Assembly (NCBI GenBank): GCA_951406725.2
Contig: OX597823.1
Coordinates: forward strand, 682,001 to 746,000
Reading direction: 5' to 3'
Source of the DNA: Octopus vulgaris
Lineage: Eukaryota
DNA length: 64,000 bases
Part shown: positions 1-13,334 of the stretch, piece after piece
Layout: each line of letters starts with the position of its first letter
Numbering within the stretch: the stretch's first letter is position 1
Notes under the pieces: model-generated
Told to the model about the DNA's origin: nothing
Databases searched by the model: none
Seen by the model: only the letters and a program-made list of their open reading frames with translations
Translations under genes and position numbers: made by a program

Positions 1-340
1 AGGTGGAGCAACATACTTGTCTAGTCCCCTACCCCCAAATTGCTGGCCTTGTGCCTACAGTAGAAAGGTTGAGGAAAAAGAATAATAAATGAATTCTATC
101 CTACAATCAAGAGAAACCCTTGCCCAAACCCAGGCAAAACCAAAATCGTCCCCATTGTCCCCATGCTGACTTCATAGCAATATCCATTCCTGGACTGACT
201 CCCGCATCCATCGCAAATAGGTGCAGCTTCTTTTCTGTTTTTCCTCCCTTTTTTTTTTTATCTTTAAATCCTCTCCTTCAAACACTCAGACATCGAAATC
301 AACAACCATCCTCATCCTCATTATTATTATTATTAGCCCT

Positions 341-608
341 GACTGGCTTCCGTGCCGGTGGCACGTAAAAAGCGCCATCCGACTGTGGCTGTTTGCCAGC
401 CTCGTCTGGCACCTGTGCCGGTGGCACGTAAAAAGCACCCACTACACTCATGGAGTAGTTGGCGTTAAGAAGGGCATCCAGCAGTAGAAACATTGCCAGA
501 TCAGACTGGGCCTGGTGCAGTCTTCTGGCTTCCCAGACCCCAGTTGCACCGTCCAACCCATGCTAGCATGGAAAGCGGACGCTAAACGATGATGATGATG
601 ATGATGAT
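341..608 (+). mobile_element. 3' end of RTE-type LINE (5'-truncated)
   Basis: Two GTGCCGGTGGCACGTAAAAAGC units, then GAAGGGCATCCAGC...CCATGCTAGCATGGAAAGCGGACG and a (GAT)n tail; same as the 3' ends of the RTE copies at 42141-44682 and 49234-50935. Confidence 0.85.
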
Positions 609-728
609 GATTATTATTATCAAAGCAGCAAGATGGCAGAATTATTCGTGTACCAGGTGAAGTGCTTAGAAGTTTTCCTGGGGTTGTATAGCAGCGAAAA
701 AAAACACTCACACACACACACACATATA

Positions 729-1095
729 GGTGCAGGCAAGGCTGTGGGAGTTAAGGAATTTGCTTTGAAACCATGAGGCTGCAGGTTCAATCCCACTGCA
801 TATCATCCTGGACACATGCATTCTGCCATAGCCTGAACCAACCAATATTTTTTTCAGTGAATTTGTTAGCCAGAAACTGTGTGGAAGCCCATCATATATG
901 TGTGTGTGGGGGGGAGGCTTCCCTTGATATCACATGATGTTGTAAATCCCTGTTGTACAAGCAGTATCATTCATTTCCTGTTGAAAACATATCTAGTTAT
1001 AGGAAATATTCCCTTGCTTGAAAACAAGGGACAGTTAGCAACAGGAAAGGCATCCAACCACAGAAAATCTGCGCCTGTAGGATGCTTCCTGACCC
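729..1095 (+). mobile_element. Decayed tRNA-derived SINE
   Basis: Head GGTGCAGG..GGCTGTG, B-box-like GGTTCAATCCC, then CAGAAACTGTGTGGAAGCCCATC, similar to the SINE heads at 20120-20587 and 38285-38670. Confidence 0.6.
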
Positions 1096-1545
1096 ATGAT
1101 GATGATGATGACATATATATATAGAAGTACTATCATGGCTGAATATAAACACACACACGCACACACACGCACACGCACACACACACACACACACACAGAG
1201 ACAGAGAGAAAATTCTTCTCCTCTCTGGCTCTGGCTTTTATATTCTGTGACAATGTTCAATTTCTATCATGCTGAAAATCTTCAATAGAAATGTTTAAGA
1301 CACACTTATTTGTTTCAATGTTACCAATATTCACTCCACAATATGAGAGAGAGCAGCCATCTGTAAATGAATTCTACAGAATGCAGGAAGACATTCTTTA
1401 AGAATCGTTTGAAACCATTGTGCTGCAAACTTCTCTTGTCCAGTCCAATAACACCAGCTTAGTAAAACAAGTGTTACATAGATAGAAATGAAGTCTTCAT
1501 TCATGCATATATACATATGCATACATACATACATACAACATTCAT

Positions 1546-2416
1546 ATGAGGGGGTACCCAAAAGAAACTGGAATTTTGCAGTATTATTTCCTTCCCTTAG
1601 TTCTATGTATTTACACTTTAATCGCTTTCAAAGTATTCTCCATTTGACGCACTCCATCAGTCCAAGCACGTTTTCTACTATTCAAAGCAGAGCTGCAACT
1701 CCTGCGAAGTGATGTCTTTTAACCTTTCCCTCGTTTCTTTTCTTCACCTCTTCCACATCTGCAAATTCCGTAGCACCAGTTTTCGTCACTAGTGATGACC
1801 TTCGAAAAAAAGGTCCGGATCAACTTCCGGCTGTTCTTTCAGTTCCATGACATGCATTCAGTTGTGACTGTTTCCGATCTTCTGTGAGTAAGTGTGGCAC
1901 AAATTTTGCTGCAACTTTTTCCATTCACAATTCCTCACTTGGAATTTGTTGGCAGGAGCTCCGGGAAACACCAGTCGTATCAGAAAGTTCATCAATTGTC
2001 TTGTGATGGTTGACCAAGATTAGTTCAGGAATTTTCATGACGTTTTCATTCGTTCAGGAGGTCGTCCTGAACAAGGCTGGTCTTCAAATGACCATTCCTA
2101 AAGCATGGAAACCACTCGTAAGCTTGTGTTTTGCTCATGGCAGCATCCTTGTAAGCTGTTTGAAACATGACAACTGTTTTGGCTGCTGTTTTCCCCAGCA
2201 GAAAACAGATTTTCACGGAAGCATGCTGTTCCTTTGTTTCAGCCATCACAAGAATTGACGAACAGGAGAGAAGCACTGCAAAGCATAGCAGTATGACCCC
2301 ACTGGACAACAGTTGGCAGACTGATGCCTGAGGATCACATCAAGTGGTTTCTAGTGGCAGAAATCTGAAATAAAATGGGTTTGTCCCACAGAGAACGTTT
2401 CTGGTATGCCCTTGTA
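1546..2416 (-). mobile_element. Internally deleted mariner transposon relic
   Basis: Minus-strand EQHASVKICFLLGKTAAKTVVMFQTAYKDAAMSKTQAYEWF (mariner N-terminal HTH) and VAAKFVPHLLT; decayed TIR-like ends GAGGGGGTACCCAAAAG / TTTCTGGTATGCCCTTGTA. Confidence 0.8.
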
Positions 2417-4965
2417 CATCCACATACATCCACACAAATGCACAACGTTAAGCTAAAAAAGAAATACCATTTTATGAAATTTAATTATTTCCCCCTTACC
2501 CCACCATCACCACCACCAAAGGATAGCGACTTCTACAAATACAATAGATTTTTTTAATTTAGTTTTTGTTTATTTAATGGAAAAATTCCGTTGTATTAAA
2601 TAGATTTGTGTTTGTTTCATGTCTCACATTGTTTCCAACCCTCAATAATATTGAATTGATGGTCATTCCTTTTAATGGCCAGTGTCAGTGGCAACGGCAG
2701 CATCATCGCTGCTTGGAAGTAGTCTCTTAATCATTTGTTGCCAACGAGGTTTTATCAGTAATTTGTGCCCGTTCATCATAGAAAGAGGAGATGAAAATAA
2801 TTTAATTGAATTCTTCAAAATCAAATTTATTCCCCCAAAACATGTGCGTGTCTGTGTGTAGTAGGAGAGAGGCAGAGGCAGAGAGAGAGAGAGAGAAAGA
2901 GAAGTGTGTGTATGTGTGTGTGTGTCTATATATATCTTGCTAATACTTACTTTTATCACTTATTCTTGTTTAATGAAAACTGCTGGGGATTTGCATATAT
3001 TTTTGTATATTTTCCGTGTTTAACATTTGATCCCATCCCCCCTCCCACTCCCCACTTCCAATAATTTCTAAATATATTTAAAGCAAGATTTGTCCAATTT
3101 CAATGTGGATCACATTTGATTTGGTTAATTTTTTCCTTTTTTTATCAATTCTTTTTGTTTTGTTTTAACCTCATCCTTCCTGTATTTCACAATTATATGA
3201 GATGGACAGACTTGCCAAAAAGATGCTCCACCAATCTCTTCTTCAGTTATTCCTTCCTATGGTCTTCACGTCAACATTGATTCTTGGTTGGTTCCTTCTT
3301 GCTTCCTTCTCTGTTCTAATTCTACCATTTAGGCAAGAAACCATCACAAGTCAACCAAGATAAAGTGACAGACTCTGGAATGAAGACAACTAGTTATTGG
3401 TACTTGTTTCATAAGATTCTGAACAACTTCTACACCATTTCCTTGAAAACCAAACCTAAAACGCATCTTTGAGAAATGGATAAAAGACAGCCATCCTCCC
3501 GGATAGTAAACCATCCTCACTTCACCCTGCTATTGGGAAAATGTGGAGACTATTCCCAATTGCTAAGTGAAACGAGGCATGTAGAATTAACTGTTCTGTC
3601 CAAATACAGCAACAAAACTTGCAGTGGGTTTGAACTTAGGATCTTTATATTTGTCATTCATTCTCTTTTCCCAAGCAGCAACATAGACACTATTTCCCCC
3701 TCTCTTTAATTATACTTGTCACACAGCCTTCCTCTTTTTACTTTTTCAGTTCAGAACACACACACACATACACACGCATGCATGCATGCACACACACACC
3801 AGATCCAGTTCTATACGTCCTGTAATGTTGCTGCCAGAATCGGTAGAGCATCAGCGAAAACATTCCATGCCATTGCTTTCAGCCAAGTTCTACTTTATCT
3901 TTCATCTTTCTGACATCAACAAAAGCAGGACCAGAATCTACATAGCTGACTATATTCTAAATAATGGTGCCCCAGCATGGCCGACACCATCTTTCTGTTT
4001 CCTTTGAAATCAATTCGGATGATTTGATTAGTGATAAATACATTTGATCAGGAAAGATTAAACAATTGAGACTTTATTGTAATTGAACAGAAGATAAATA
4101 TACACACAGAAGTGTATATACACTTGTGCATGTGTGATGAATACGTACAGAGTGTATGTACATGTGTGTACTGCCATGTGTGTATTGTATGTATGTTACA
4201 CATACAAAACAGATTTCAAGCTTTGCTGGATGCAATTTACACTCAATTAGATATAAGTGAAAATTTGAGATTATCTCTTTCAGTTAATTAATCTGGCTAA
4301 TCCTTCAGAAATTACATCTGTAAACAACTGTAAAACTATTATCTAAACAGCCACCCCGATAAAAGTAGGGAGAAAGGGAAAGTGTATACCTAGCAGATGG
4401 CATTCAGTTAACCCATGGACAAACTATTTGTTCTCCTCCGCAATGGCTTTTCTGAGTTGGTGGAGGCTTTGTCGGAATTTGAAATTAAGTTTTAACATTT
4501 ATCTTTTATTCTTAAATTCCACTTAATTTGTGTTGAAATTCAGGAAGTTTTTAATTCACTGAAAAGACATTATTTGTTCGTGATTGTTTCTTTGTTTAAC
4601 TTTGGAAAGATGCTGCAACAGTCTCTGGTCATGCTGCTACCAGTCGTTGTTGTTGTTGTTGTTGTTGGTACACATCGACTTGAAATAAGAGATAACTCGT
4701 TTTGATGGCAACAGTAATTCTAATAGGTCTTACAGGAGCAACCATTATTCAAGGCTGTCACCATTTATGATCTGTGACTCGGTTAATTCACTGGCAGCAC
4801 CACCAATTTCAATCGTTATATATAAGTCTAGACATTACTCAGTGTTGCCAAAGTTTATGGTTTGTGAATTGACATTAAAAGCTGCAGAAAAGAACTGACC
4901 CCTTCCACCCCAGCCATTAAACACAACTGTTACTAACAATGAAGTGTGAAAGAGTTAACTTATTA

Positions 4966-4999
<34 letters not shown>

Positions 5000-5001
<2 letters not shown>

Positions 5002-5745
5002 TTGACACAAGAATAGTGTTTTAGGGACTGGTACTCTGCTACCCACCACCTTCATCCGACACTCTTTCAATCCTTGACCTCCACCCCACCCCAAACATTG
5101 TTCTTTTCACTCCTCCACACCACCAGTCCACTTTCATTCCTCCTCTGGACCTATGTATAAAGACACTACACTAGAGCACCACTTCCCTCTGCCTCCCTCA
5201 TTCTTCACCAGACCCATCAGTCCACCCCACCCCCCATCCTATCACAAGGCTGATTATCCAAAAGACTTCCTTGGATCATCCTCATGCCTCTGGAATTCCT
5301 TTCGATCACTGCAGCACCCTCACCTTCTTTGCCCTTCCCTGCAGCCAACCATCACACTTGCTCTCAACATCAGGGCCACTTCTATTGCCAGCCATTACCT
5401 ACTTTCTCCCTTATTCAATCACTCAAAGGAATGAGAGAGCAAGGCAGTTTCTCTGGGACTGGTGACACAAAATGTGTCCAGGACCCACCGTCAAGTGGTT
5501 GACAAATGAGCAGAGAATGAAGACGGTTCTAAGGCCCCTTTTGTATTGAAAATGTCCCCAGTATATTGTGTAAAGTGGTTGGTGACAGGAAGAGCATCCA
5601 GCTGTAGAAATCTTGAGTCAAATGACTCATGATGCATGAAGTAACAGCAGCAGGAGCGACTCAGACGTAACGAGTCAGAGAGGAACAACCTGTCCAATGC
5701 AGAAGGGCATAAAAAGGGGATGTAAAACAATGATGATGATGATGA
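5000..5745 (+). mobile_element. Old element with C-rich body and RTE-like 3' tail
   Basis: Pyrimidine-rich body, then AAAGTGGTTGGTGACAGGAAGAGCATCCAGCTGTAGAAA and (GAT)n; similar layout in reverse at 8690-9400. Confidence 0.45.
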
Positions 5746-5944
5746 TATAAGCATGGCTGCATGGTTAAGACATTTACTCCCCCCCCCCCTAACCACCCGA
5801 TTCAGGCTTTAACCTCACAGCACAACACTTTGGGCAAATGTATTCCGTGATAGACTTAAGTTCGCCAACGATTGATTGATTGATTGACAGAAGTTGTGGA
5901 GAAACCTATCGAGAAACCTATCGTGTGTGTGTGTGTGTGTGTGT

Positions 5945-6262
5945 GAAGGCAGATGAGTCAGTGGTTCCAATGTTCAACTCAAGATCATAGAGTCAGGAGT
6001 TCAATACCTGGTGGTGCACTGTTCTCTTAAGCAAGTCACTTCATTTCACATTGTTCCAGTCTGCTCAGCTGGCAAAAATGAGTTGTACCTGTAATGCAAA
6101 CGGCTGGCTTGGTCACATTCAGCATCAAGTTCAATCTCCCCATGAGCTATGTTAAGGATATGCGTGTTTGTGGAGTACTCAGCCACTTGCAAGTTAACTT
6201 TATGAGGAGGCTGTTCTGCTGATTGGATCAACTGGAAACCTCATCAGTGTAACCAAAGCAGG
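5945..6262 (+). mobile_element. tRNA-derived SINE with CORE-like central domain
   Basis: A-box-like TGAGTCAGTGG, B-box-like GAGTTCAATACC, then CTTAAGCAAGTCACTTCATTTCAC as in the SINE at 16152. Confidence 0.65.
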
Positions 6263-6273
6263 GCCAACAGGCT

Positions 6274-7318
6274 CAGGAAACCGATTCCATCACACGCCAG
6301 CGGGGAGTTGATAGCTTCCGTTACCTGGGTGACCAAGTCTGTAGTGGGGGTGGATGCTCAGACAGTGTTACCACTAGAATAAGAATAGCCTGAGCAAAGT
6401 TCAGAAAGCTTCTATCCCTACTGGTGATAAAGGGTCTCTCGCTCAGAGTGAAAAGTAGATTGTACGATGAATGTGTGTGAACTGCCATGCTTCATGGCAG
6501 TGAAACATGGGACGTGACTGCTGAAGACATGCGCAGCTTGAAAGAAATGAAGCTACCATGATCCACTGGATGTGTAATGTCAGTGTGCATGCATGACAGA
6601 ATGTAAGCGCCCTGAGAGAAAAGTTGGGCATACGAAGCATCAGCTGGAGTGTGCAAGAGAGATGACTGCAATGGTATGGTGATGTACAATGTATGGATGA
6701 GGAGAGCAGTGTGAAGAAGTGCCACTCCCAAACAGTGGAAGGAATCCGGGGTAGAGGGAGACCCAGGAAGACATGGGATGAGGTGGTGAAGCATGACCTT
6801 CATATGTTGGGCGTCACAGAGGCAATGACAAAAGGCCGAGACCTCTGGAGATATGCTGTGACTTCAAAGACCCGACAAATGAAGTGAGTTCACAGCTGTA
6901 ACCTACACCAGTGTTGCATAACCAACCAACTCAAACGTACCTTGGATTGTAGGGCAACATGCCATGCTTGAGGTGACCTATTGAGTCAAGTACATCAGCA
7001 TCAAATGGAAATTGTAGTTGTGATCCCCATGCCAGTGGCACATGAAAAGCACCATCCGAATGTGGCCAATGCCAGCCCCGCTTTGGCTGGCTTCCGTGCC
7101 AGTGGCATGTAAAAAGCACCATCCAATCATGGTCGATGCCAGCCCCATCTGGCCCCTGTGCTGGTGGCATGTAAAAAAGCACCCACTACACTCTCAGAGT
7201 GGTTGGCATTAGGAAGGGCATCCAGCTGTAGAAACACTGCCAGATCAAACCTCACTCAAACTGTCCAACCCATACCAGCATGGAATACGGACGTTAAATG
7301 ATGATGATGATGGTGATG
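6274..7318 (+). mobile_element. RTE LINE 3' fragment, degenerate
   Basis: Decayed DSFRYLGD, AMLHGSETW and GRGRPRKTWDEVVKHDL motifs; 3' UTR hairpin units and (GAT)n tail. Confidence 0.9.
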
Positions 7319-7320
7319 TA

Positions 7321-8568
7321 CAGGGGTTGGACAAAATAATGGAAACACCTAGCATCATAGCATCATAATTTTAAGATATCTATAGAACCATCAAAAGCTT
7401 GTTTATTTTTATATTTTTTGATTTATTATTAGTGTTGTTTAATATGTTTTGCTAAAATTGCTGTTTCTTTTCAGATATCATCAGAAGAAGGTAATTAATA
7501 TTCATAAAAATGACAGATCTATCAGACTTTCAAAAAGGTCAGATTGTTGGTGCTTGTATGGCAGGTGCTAGCGTAATGAAAACAGCCGGAATGTTTGGTA
7601 TATCAAGAAGTACTGTCTCAAAAGTAATGACAGCCTTTGAGAAAGAGGGAAAAACCTCCTCGTCAAAACAAAACTGCGGAAGAAAACCAAAACTTTCAGA
7701 TAGGGACTGTCAGACTCTTACGTGAGCTGTTAGAAAGGATTGCAAAAGTACAGCTCCCAAAATTACTGCAGAGCTTGATGACCACCTCGAGAAGCCAGTT
7801 TCCACAAAAACTGTTCACTGGAAGCTGCATAAAGCTGGATTTCACAGCAGGGCTGCAATCAGAAAACCACTACTTTTAAAAAAAAATGTTGCAAAACATT
7901 CCCTAGAGCAGTGGAAGAATGTTATTTTCTCAGACGAGTCATCCTTTACCTTATTTTCAACAACCGGCTGAGTATACATGTGGAGACAGCCAAAAGAAGT
8001 ATTTGATCCAGACTGCTTTCTTCCAGCTGTTAAACATGGAGGAGGATCTGTGATGATCTGGGGAGGGGGGGTATATCTTGGAAATCTGCCAGCCCAATGG
8101 TTTCTCTTCATGGCAGAATTAATAGTCAAGACTATTGAAGCATTTTATCTGATCAAATTCATCCTATGGTTGCGGAACTGTTTCCGGAGGGAAATGCAAT
8201 TTTTTAGGATGATAATGCACCAATTCACACAGCTAAAGTTGTTACTGAATGACACAAGGAACATTCTAGTGAAGTTGAACATCTTACCTGGCCATTACAG
8301 TCCCCAGATCTCAATATTATTGAACATTTATGGCGCAGTTTAGAAAAACAAGTAAGGAGTCGATATCCTCCACAATCATCACTACAAGAACTGGAGAGTG
8401 TTTTAGCTGAAGAATGAACTAAAAATCCTTTGGAAACAATTCAAACTTTGTACAAGTCCATACCTCATAGAATTCAAGGTGTAATTACTGCCAAAGGTGG
8501 TCCTACCCCATATTGAAATATATTTGTTTGAAATTTTAAGGTGTTTTCATTATTTTGTCCAACCCATG
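7321..8568 (+). mobile_element. Tc1-family DNA transposon, near full length, inactive
   Basis: 30-bp TIRs CAGGGGTTGGACAAAATAATGGAAACACCT / AGGTGTTTTCATTATTTTGTCCAACCCATG flanked by TA at 7319-7320 and 8569-8570. Confidence 0.95.
7510..8515 (+). pseudogene. Tc1 transposase pseudogene
   Basis: MTDLSDFQKGQIVGA HTH, FSDES, VKHGGGSVMIWG, DDNAPIH, SPDLNIIEHLW and GGPTPY* across frameshifts and stops. Confidence 0.9.
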
Positions 8569-8689
8569 TATGTATGTGTGTATGTATGTACGTACATATG
8601 TATGTATGCATGTATGTATAGATTATTTGAAGTAACATAGAGATTTTATAGATTAAGAAAAAGGTGGGGGGGGTCTTCTTAATATTTCT

Positions 8690-9400
8690 ATCATCATCTA
8701 ACATCTGCCTGCAATGCTGGTATGGGTTGGATGCTCTGAAGGGTCCAATGGGTCTGCAGACTGAGTCATGCTCCAAAGTCAGTTTTGGCATGATTCCTAT
8801 GGCTGGATGCCCTTTCTAATGCCAACCACTTTACAGAGTGTGCTGAGTGCTTTTTTTTCATGGTACCAGCCCTGATGAAGTTGTGGCTGGCAAGGTCAAG
8901 ATCCTTACTGATAGGGGAGGGGCTACAGTAGAACTGAAGGTGGCTTTCTGCAAGGTTATGAAAGGTTAGAATATGAAAGTAGAGACTGGGGGGAACAGGT
9001 TTCTTGCTGTTAAGGAGACTACACAGGGTGGGTGGAAGCGATTAGCATGGAGAGCAGAAAAGAGAGATAATGATGGCAGTGACAAGGGTCGGCATGGGCC
9101 CCTGGAGGGGTGGAAAGGGGAAGATTGGCTGGGTAGCAACTGTGGATGGTTAGAGATGGGGTAGAGGAGTACACATAGTAAATGATGAACAAAAAGATGA
9201 GGGGCAGTGCAAGGGATTGATAATAAATATAACTTGGAAGAAAGATGGGGGAGAGCAGAAGGGGATTAGAAATTGGAAAGGGTTTAGGGGTAAATGTAGT
9301 GAATGGTGGAGGGGTAATTAATGATATGAGGTGGGGAGTAGGTGTTGATTGGAAACACAGGAGGGTTAAATATACTGAGGTAAAAGAATGATGCCATGTA
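8690..9400 (-). mobile_element. Old element with RTE-like 3' tail (reverse)
   Basis: CATCATC..GGCTGGATGCCCTTTCTAATGCCAACCACTT (reverse RTE tail) followed by a purine-rich body. Confidence 0.45.
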
Positions 9401-11177
9401 AAACAAGAACATAGCTGTTCAACAAATGAAGATCAATAAAATAAATACTGGAGTCAGCAGGATCCCCTAAAAACTTTTGAGGGTGTTGCCCCAGTTTGAC
9501 TGCAATCATAAAAGAATATTTGTCTCCATATTATAGGATTTACTCATTTAATGCCCACTTTTTTATGCTAGAATTAGTTAAAGGGGGACTAATTTGCAGC
9601 AGGATTATTATGGCCAGGGGCTTCTCCTTATCTGTTTTACAAGTAAGAGATTTTTGCTTTATGTCCACAGGTCTTCAAAAGCATAGAGCACTTGGTTGTA
9701 AGGTAAACAAAGAATGGACCACAAAGTAGGATTGAACCAAAAGCCAAATGGTTGCAAAGCGAGCTTCTTCACCACACAACCACGCCCACATCTCTGGTCA
9801 TGCATGCGCTTGTGCATGCATGTGTGTGCCAGAAGGAGAGGCACACCATATAGAGTTGCCAATCCCTGCAAGTTGACTTCCAGTGCACAACATTTATTTC
9901 AGTCAGACTGATTTCTGTGATGTGATTCACCCTCCATTGTTTCTGAGCGTTAATTCAGTGCCGGCCAAGCTAAACTGACATCTTATAATCTGTTTCCTAT
10001 ATTCTAAAAGGATTCCATGATAAAGGTAAGATTTTTATGTTTCATCTTCTTTGCAAGATCGAGATGTTCCATAAAAAAAAAAAGAAAGACAAAAAAGGCA
10101 ATGAAAATTTACAAAAGATTTCTCGTAAGATTAAAAAAATTTTTTTTGAGAATTTTTCAAGTTGCCAAAATCTTAAAATGAAAATCAACTCAACATCCCT
10201 AATTATATATTGATAAAAACCACTAATTAGGGTTTCTGAAATGCAAACTGTATGTTCCAGTTGTGATAAGAAAAGTAATGATTTCTCAGGTAGCTGAGGG
10301 GACTTATTTTTCTGCTGTTAATACAATAATCAAGTGAGTTGATAAGAAAAGCAAGAAAACTGTTAATCTAAAAAGATATTTCTATTTTATTTATTTATTT
10401 AATCAATTATTATTGCTTTCTTTTCGAGGTCTTAACTGACAACAGATAAACCCAGAAATATACAGAAATGCAGGAATATTTCCAAATTCAAACAATCTCC
10501 TGTAGAACTGTAAAACCATAAATACACACACACACACATGTAGACAAACCAAGTAGGAAGCATTAGGACTGCTCAATCTCATAGAAATAGTAACCCAATC
10601 TTTGTCAAAACATACTCAATACTCTTGAAAAGAGGAGTGCACATGGTACAATGTAGTTGTTGACTTATAACAGAAGGCTAGAATGGAATGGTCAAAACTG
10701 CAATGCCACTAACCCTGGCCCCTCTACTCACAACTTGTTTTATAATGTGAGGCCATTAAAACTGGACGTTTATCAGAAGAGCTGAGTCTGGTGTGAGTAA
10801 GTTAGCAAAAGTGAAATGCAAGAGGAGCCGGCTGTTTGTGCTTTCTTTGACTCCAGAGAGAATTTCCCTTCACGCTAATGTCATTCATACTGCTGCTGGG
10901 GGGGGGGGGGGGATCAAAAGAAAGAAAAGCAAAGACGCTGCATTGTTGTGTATAGTTTGCCTCACCACTTCTCTCCTCTGAAATAAAATACCTGGATTAT
11001 AAATATGAAACAGTTACAAGAAATTATCTCTGGATAACTGTTCCGTGTGAATATCCTGCAAGTGTGTGTGATATTTGGACTGGTGCAGAAAGTTCAAGAA
11101 ATTAGTTGGTTGCTATGGTGAGAAACCATAGTTTTGGCAGGTTTGATGGATGGACGAACAAAGTAACTGGAGGAATC

Positions 11178-12376
11178 CTTGGCATAGTTGGAAAATTGGG
11201 AGAATGGCTTCATGACTTTCTGAAGAATAGAAGTCAGGTGGTAGTAGCCAATGGGGCCACTTCCATTAACACGCAAATAGTGCGCGGTGTTCCGCAGGGC
11301 ACTGTTTTGGGACCACTACTGTTCATAATGGCCCTCTCAGACATGCCCTCAGCCACGCAGAGAGCCACGATCACAAGTTATGCAGATGATACAAAAGTTT
11401 CACAGGCAATACAGAACCCTGAAGACACTAAGCACCTGCAATGTGAGCTGGACAAAATATACAAGTGGGCTGAAAAGAATAGCATGCAGTTCAATGCTGA
11501 AAAGTTTCAAGCTTTATGCTATCAGCATGCAAAACTGAATGCAATACCCAATGAATACACTGGACCTGGAGGGATTGCAATCCCAGAGGCACAATCAGTG
11601 CGTGACCTGGGTATCCACATGAGTGATGACGCGACCTTTCATGTACATGTTGCTAAACTGGCAATGAAATGTAGACGGCTGGCCGGATGGATTCTTAGAA
11701 CCTTTAGAACAAGAGAACAAGAAACCATGATGGTCCTCTGGAAGACACTTGTCCTAAGCCACTTTGACTATTGCTCTCAGCTATGGTCACCATCCAGTGT
11801 CAAGTTGATCACAGAACTTGAGGCGATCCAACGAAGCTACATGAAGAAGATAGCCTCTGTGCAGCATATAAGCTACTGGGAAAGACTCAAGAGATTAAAA
11901 CTCTATTCCTTGGAGCGTAGGCGAGAAAGATATGCCATAATATATATCTGGAAGATCCTGGAAAGACTTGTCCCAAACTTTGGCATCGAGAGTCACACAA
12001 ATGCCAGAACCGGGTGCCACTGCGTGGTACCAAGGATTCCAAATTTGCCATCAAGATGTAGGACAAGATACTGTGATAGCCTGGGCTTCAGAGGTCCACA
12101 GCTCTTCAATATCCTTCCGAAGAACCTAACAGACCTGCATGGGGTGGATGCAGATGTCTTTAAAATGAAACTGGATCTCTTCTTGTCAGGTATCCCAGAT
12201 GAACCAACTTCACGGCAGGAGGTGCAGATGAGGGCAGCTGCATCGAACTCTCTCATGCACCAAATGGCAGTTGCTAAAAAGCATTCGTAAAGTAAAACCA
12301 TGTAGCAACACCAAAAGGCGGTGCCCCAGCATGGCCACAGCTCGTGAGCTGAAACTAGAATCAATCAATCAATCAA
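11178..12376 (+). mobile_element. CR1-group LINE, 5'-truncated; RT C-terminal ORF open to 12290
   Basis: [22 protein letters not shown] and LYSLERRRERY in one frame; 3' UTR CCAGCATGGCCACAGCTCGTGAGCTG and (TCAA)n tail. Confidence 0.92.
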
Positions 12377-13332
<956 letters not shown>

Positions 13333-13334
<2 letters not shown>

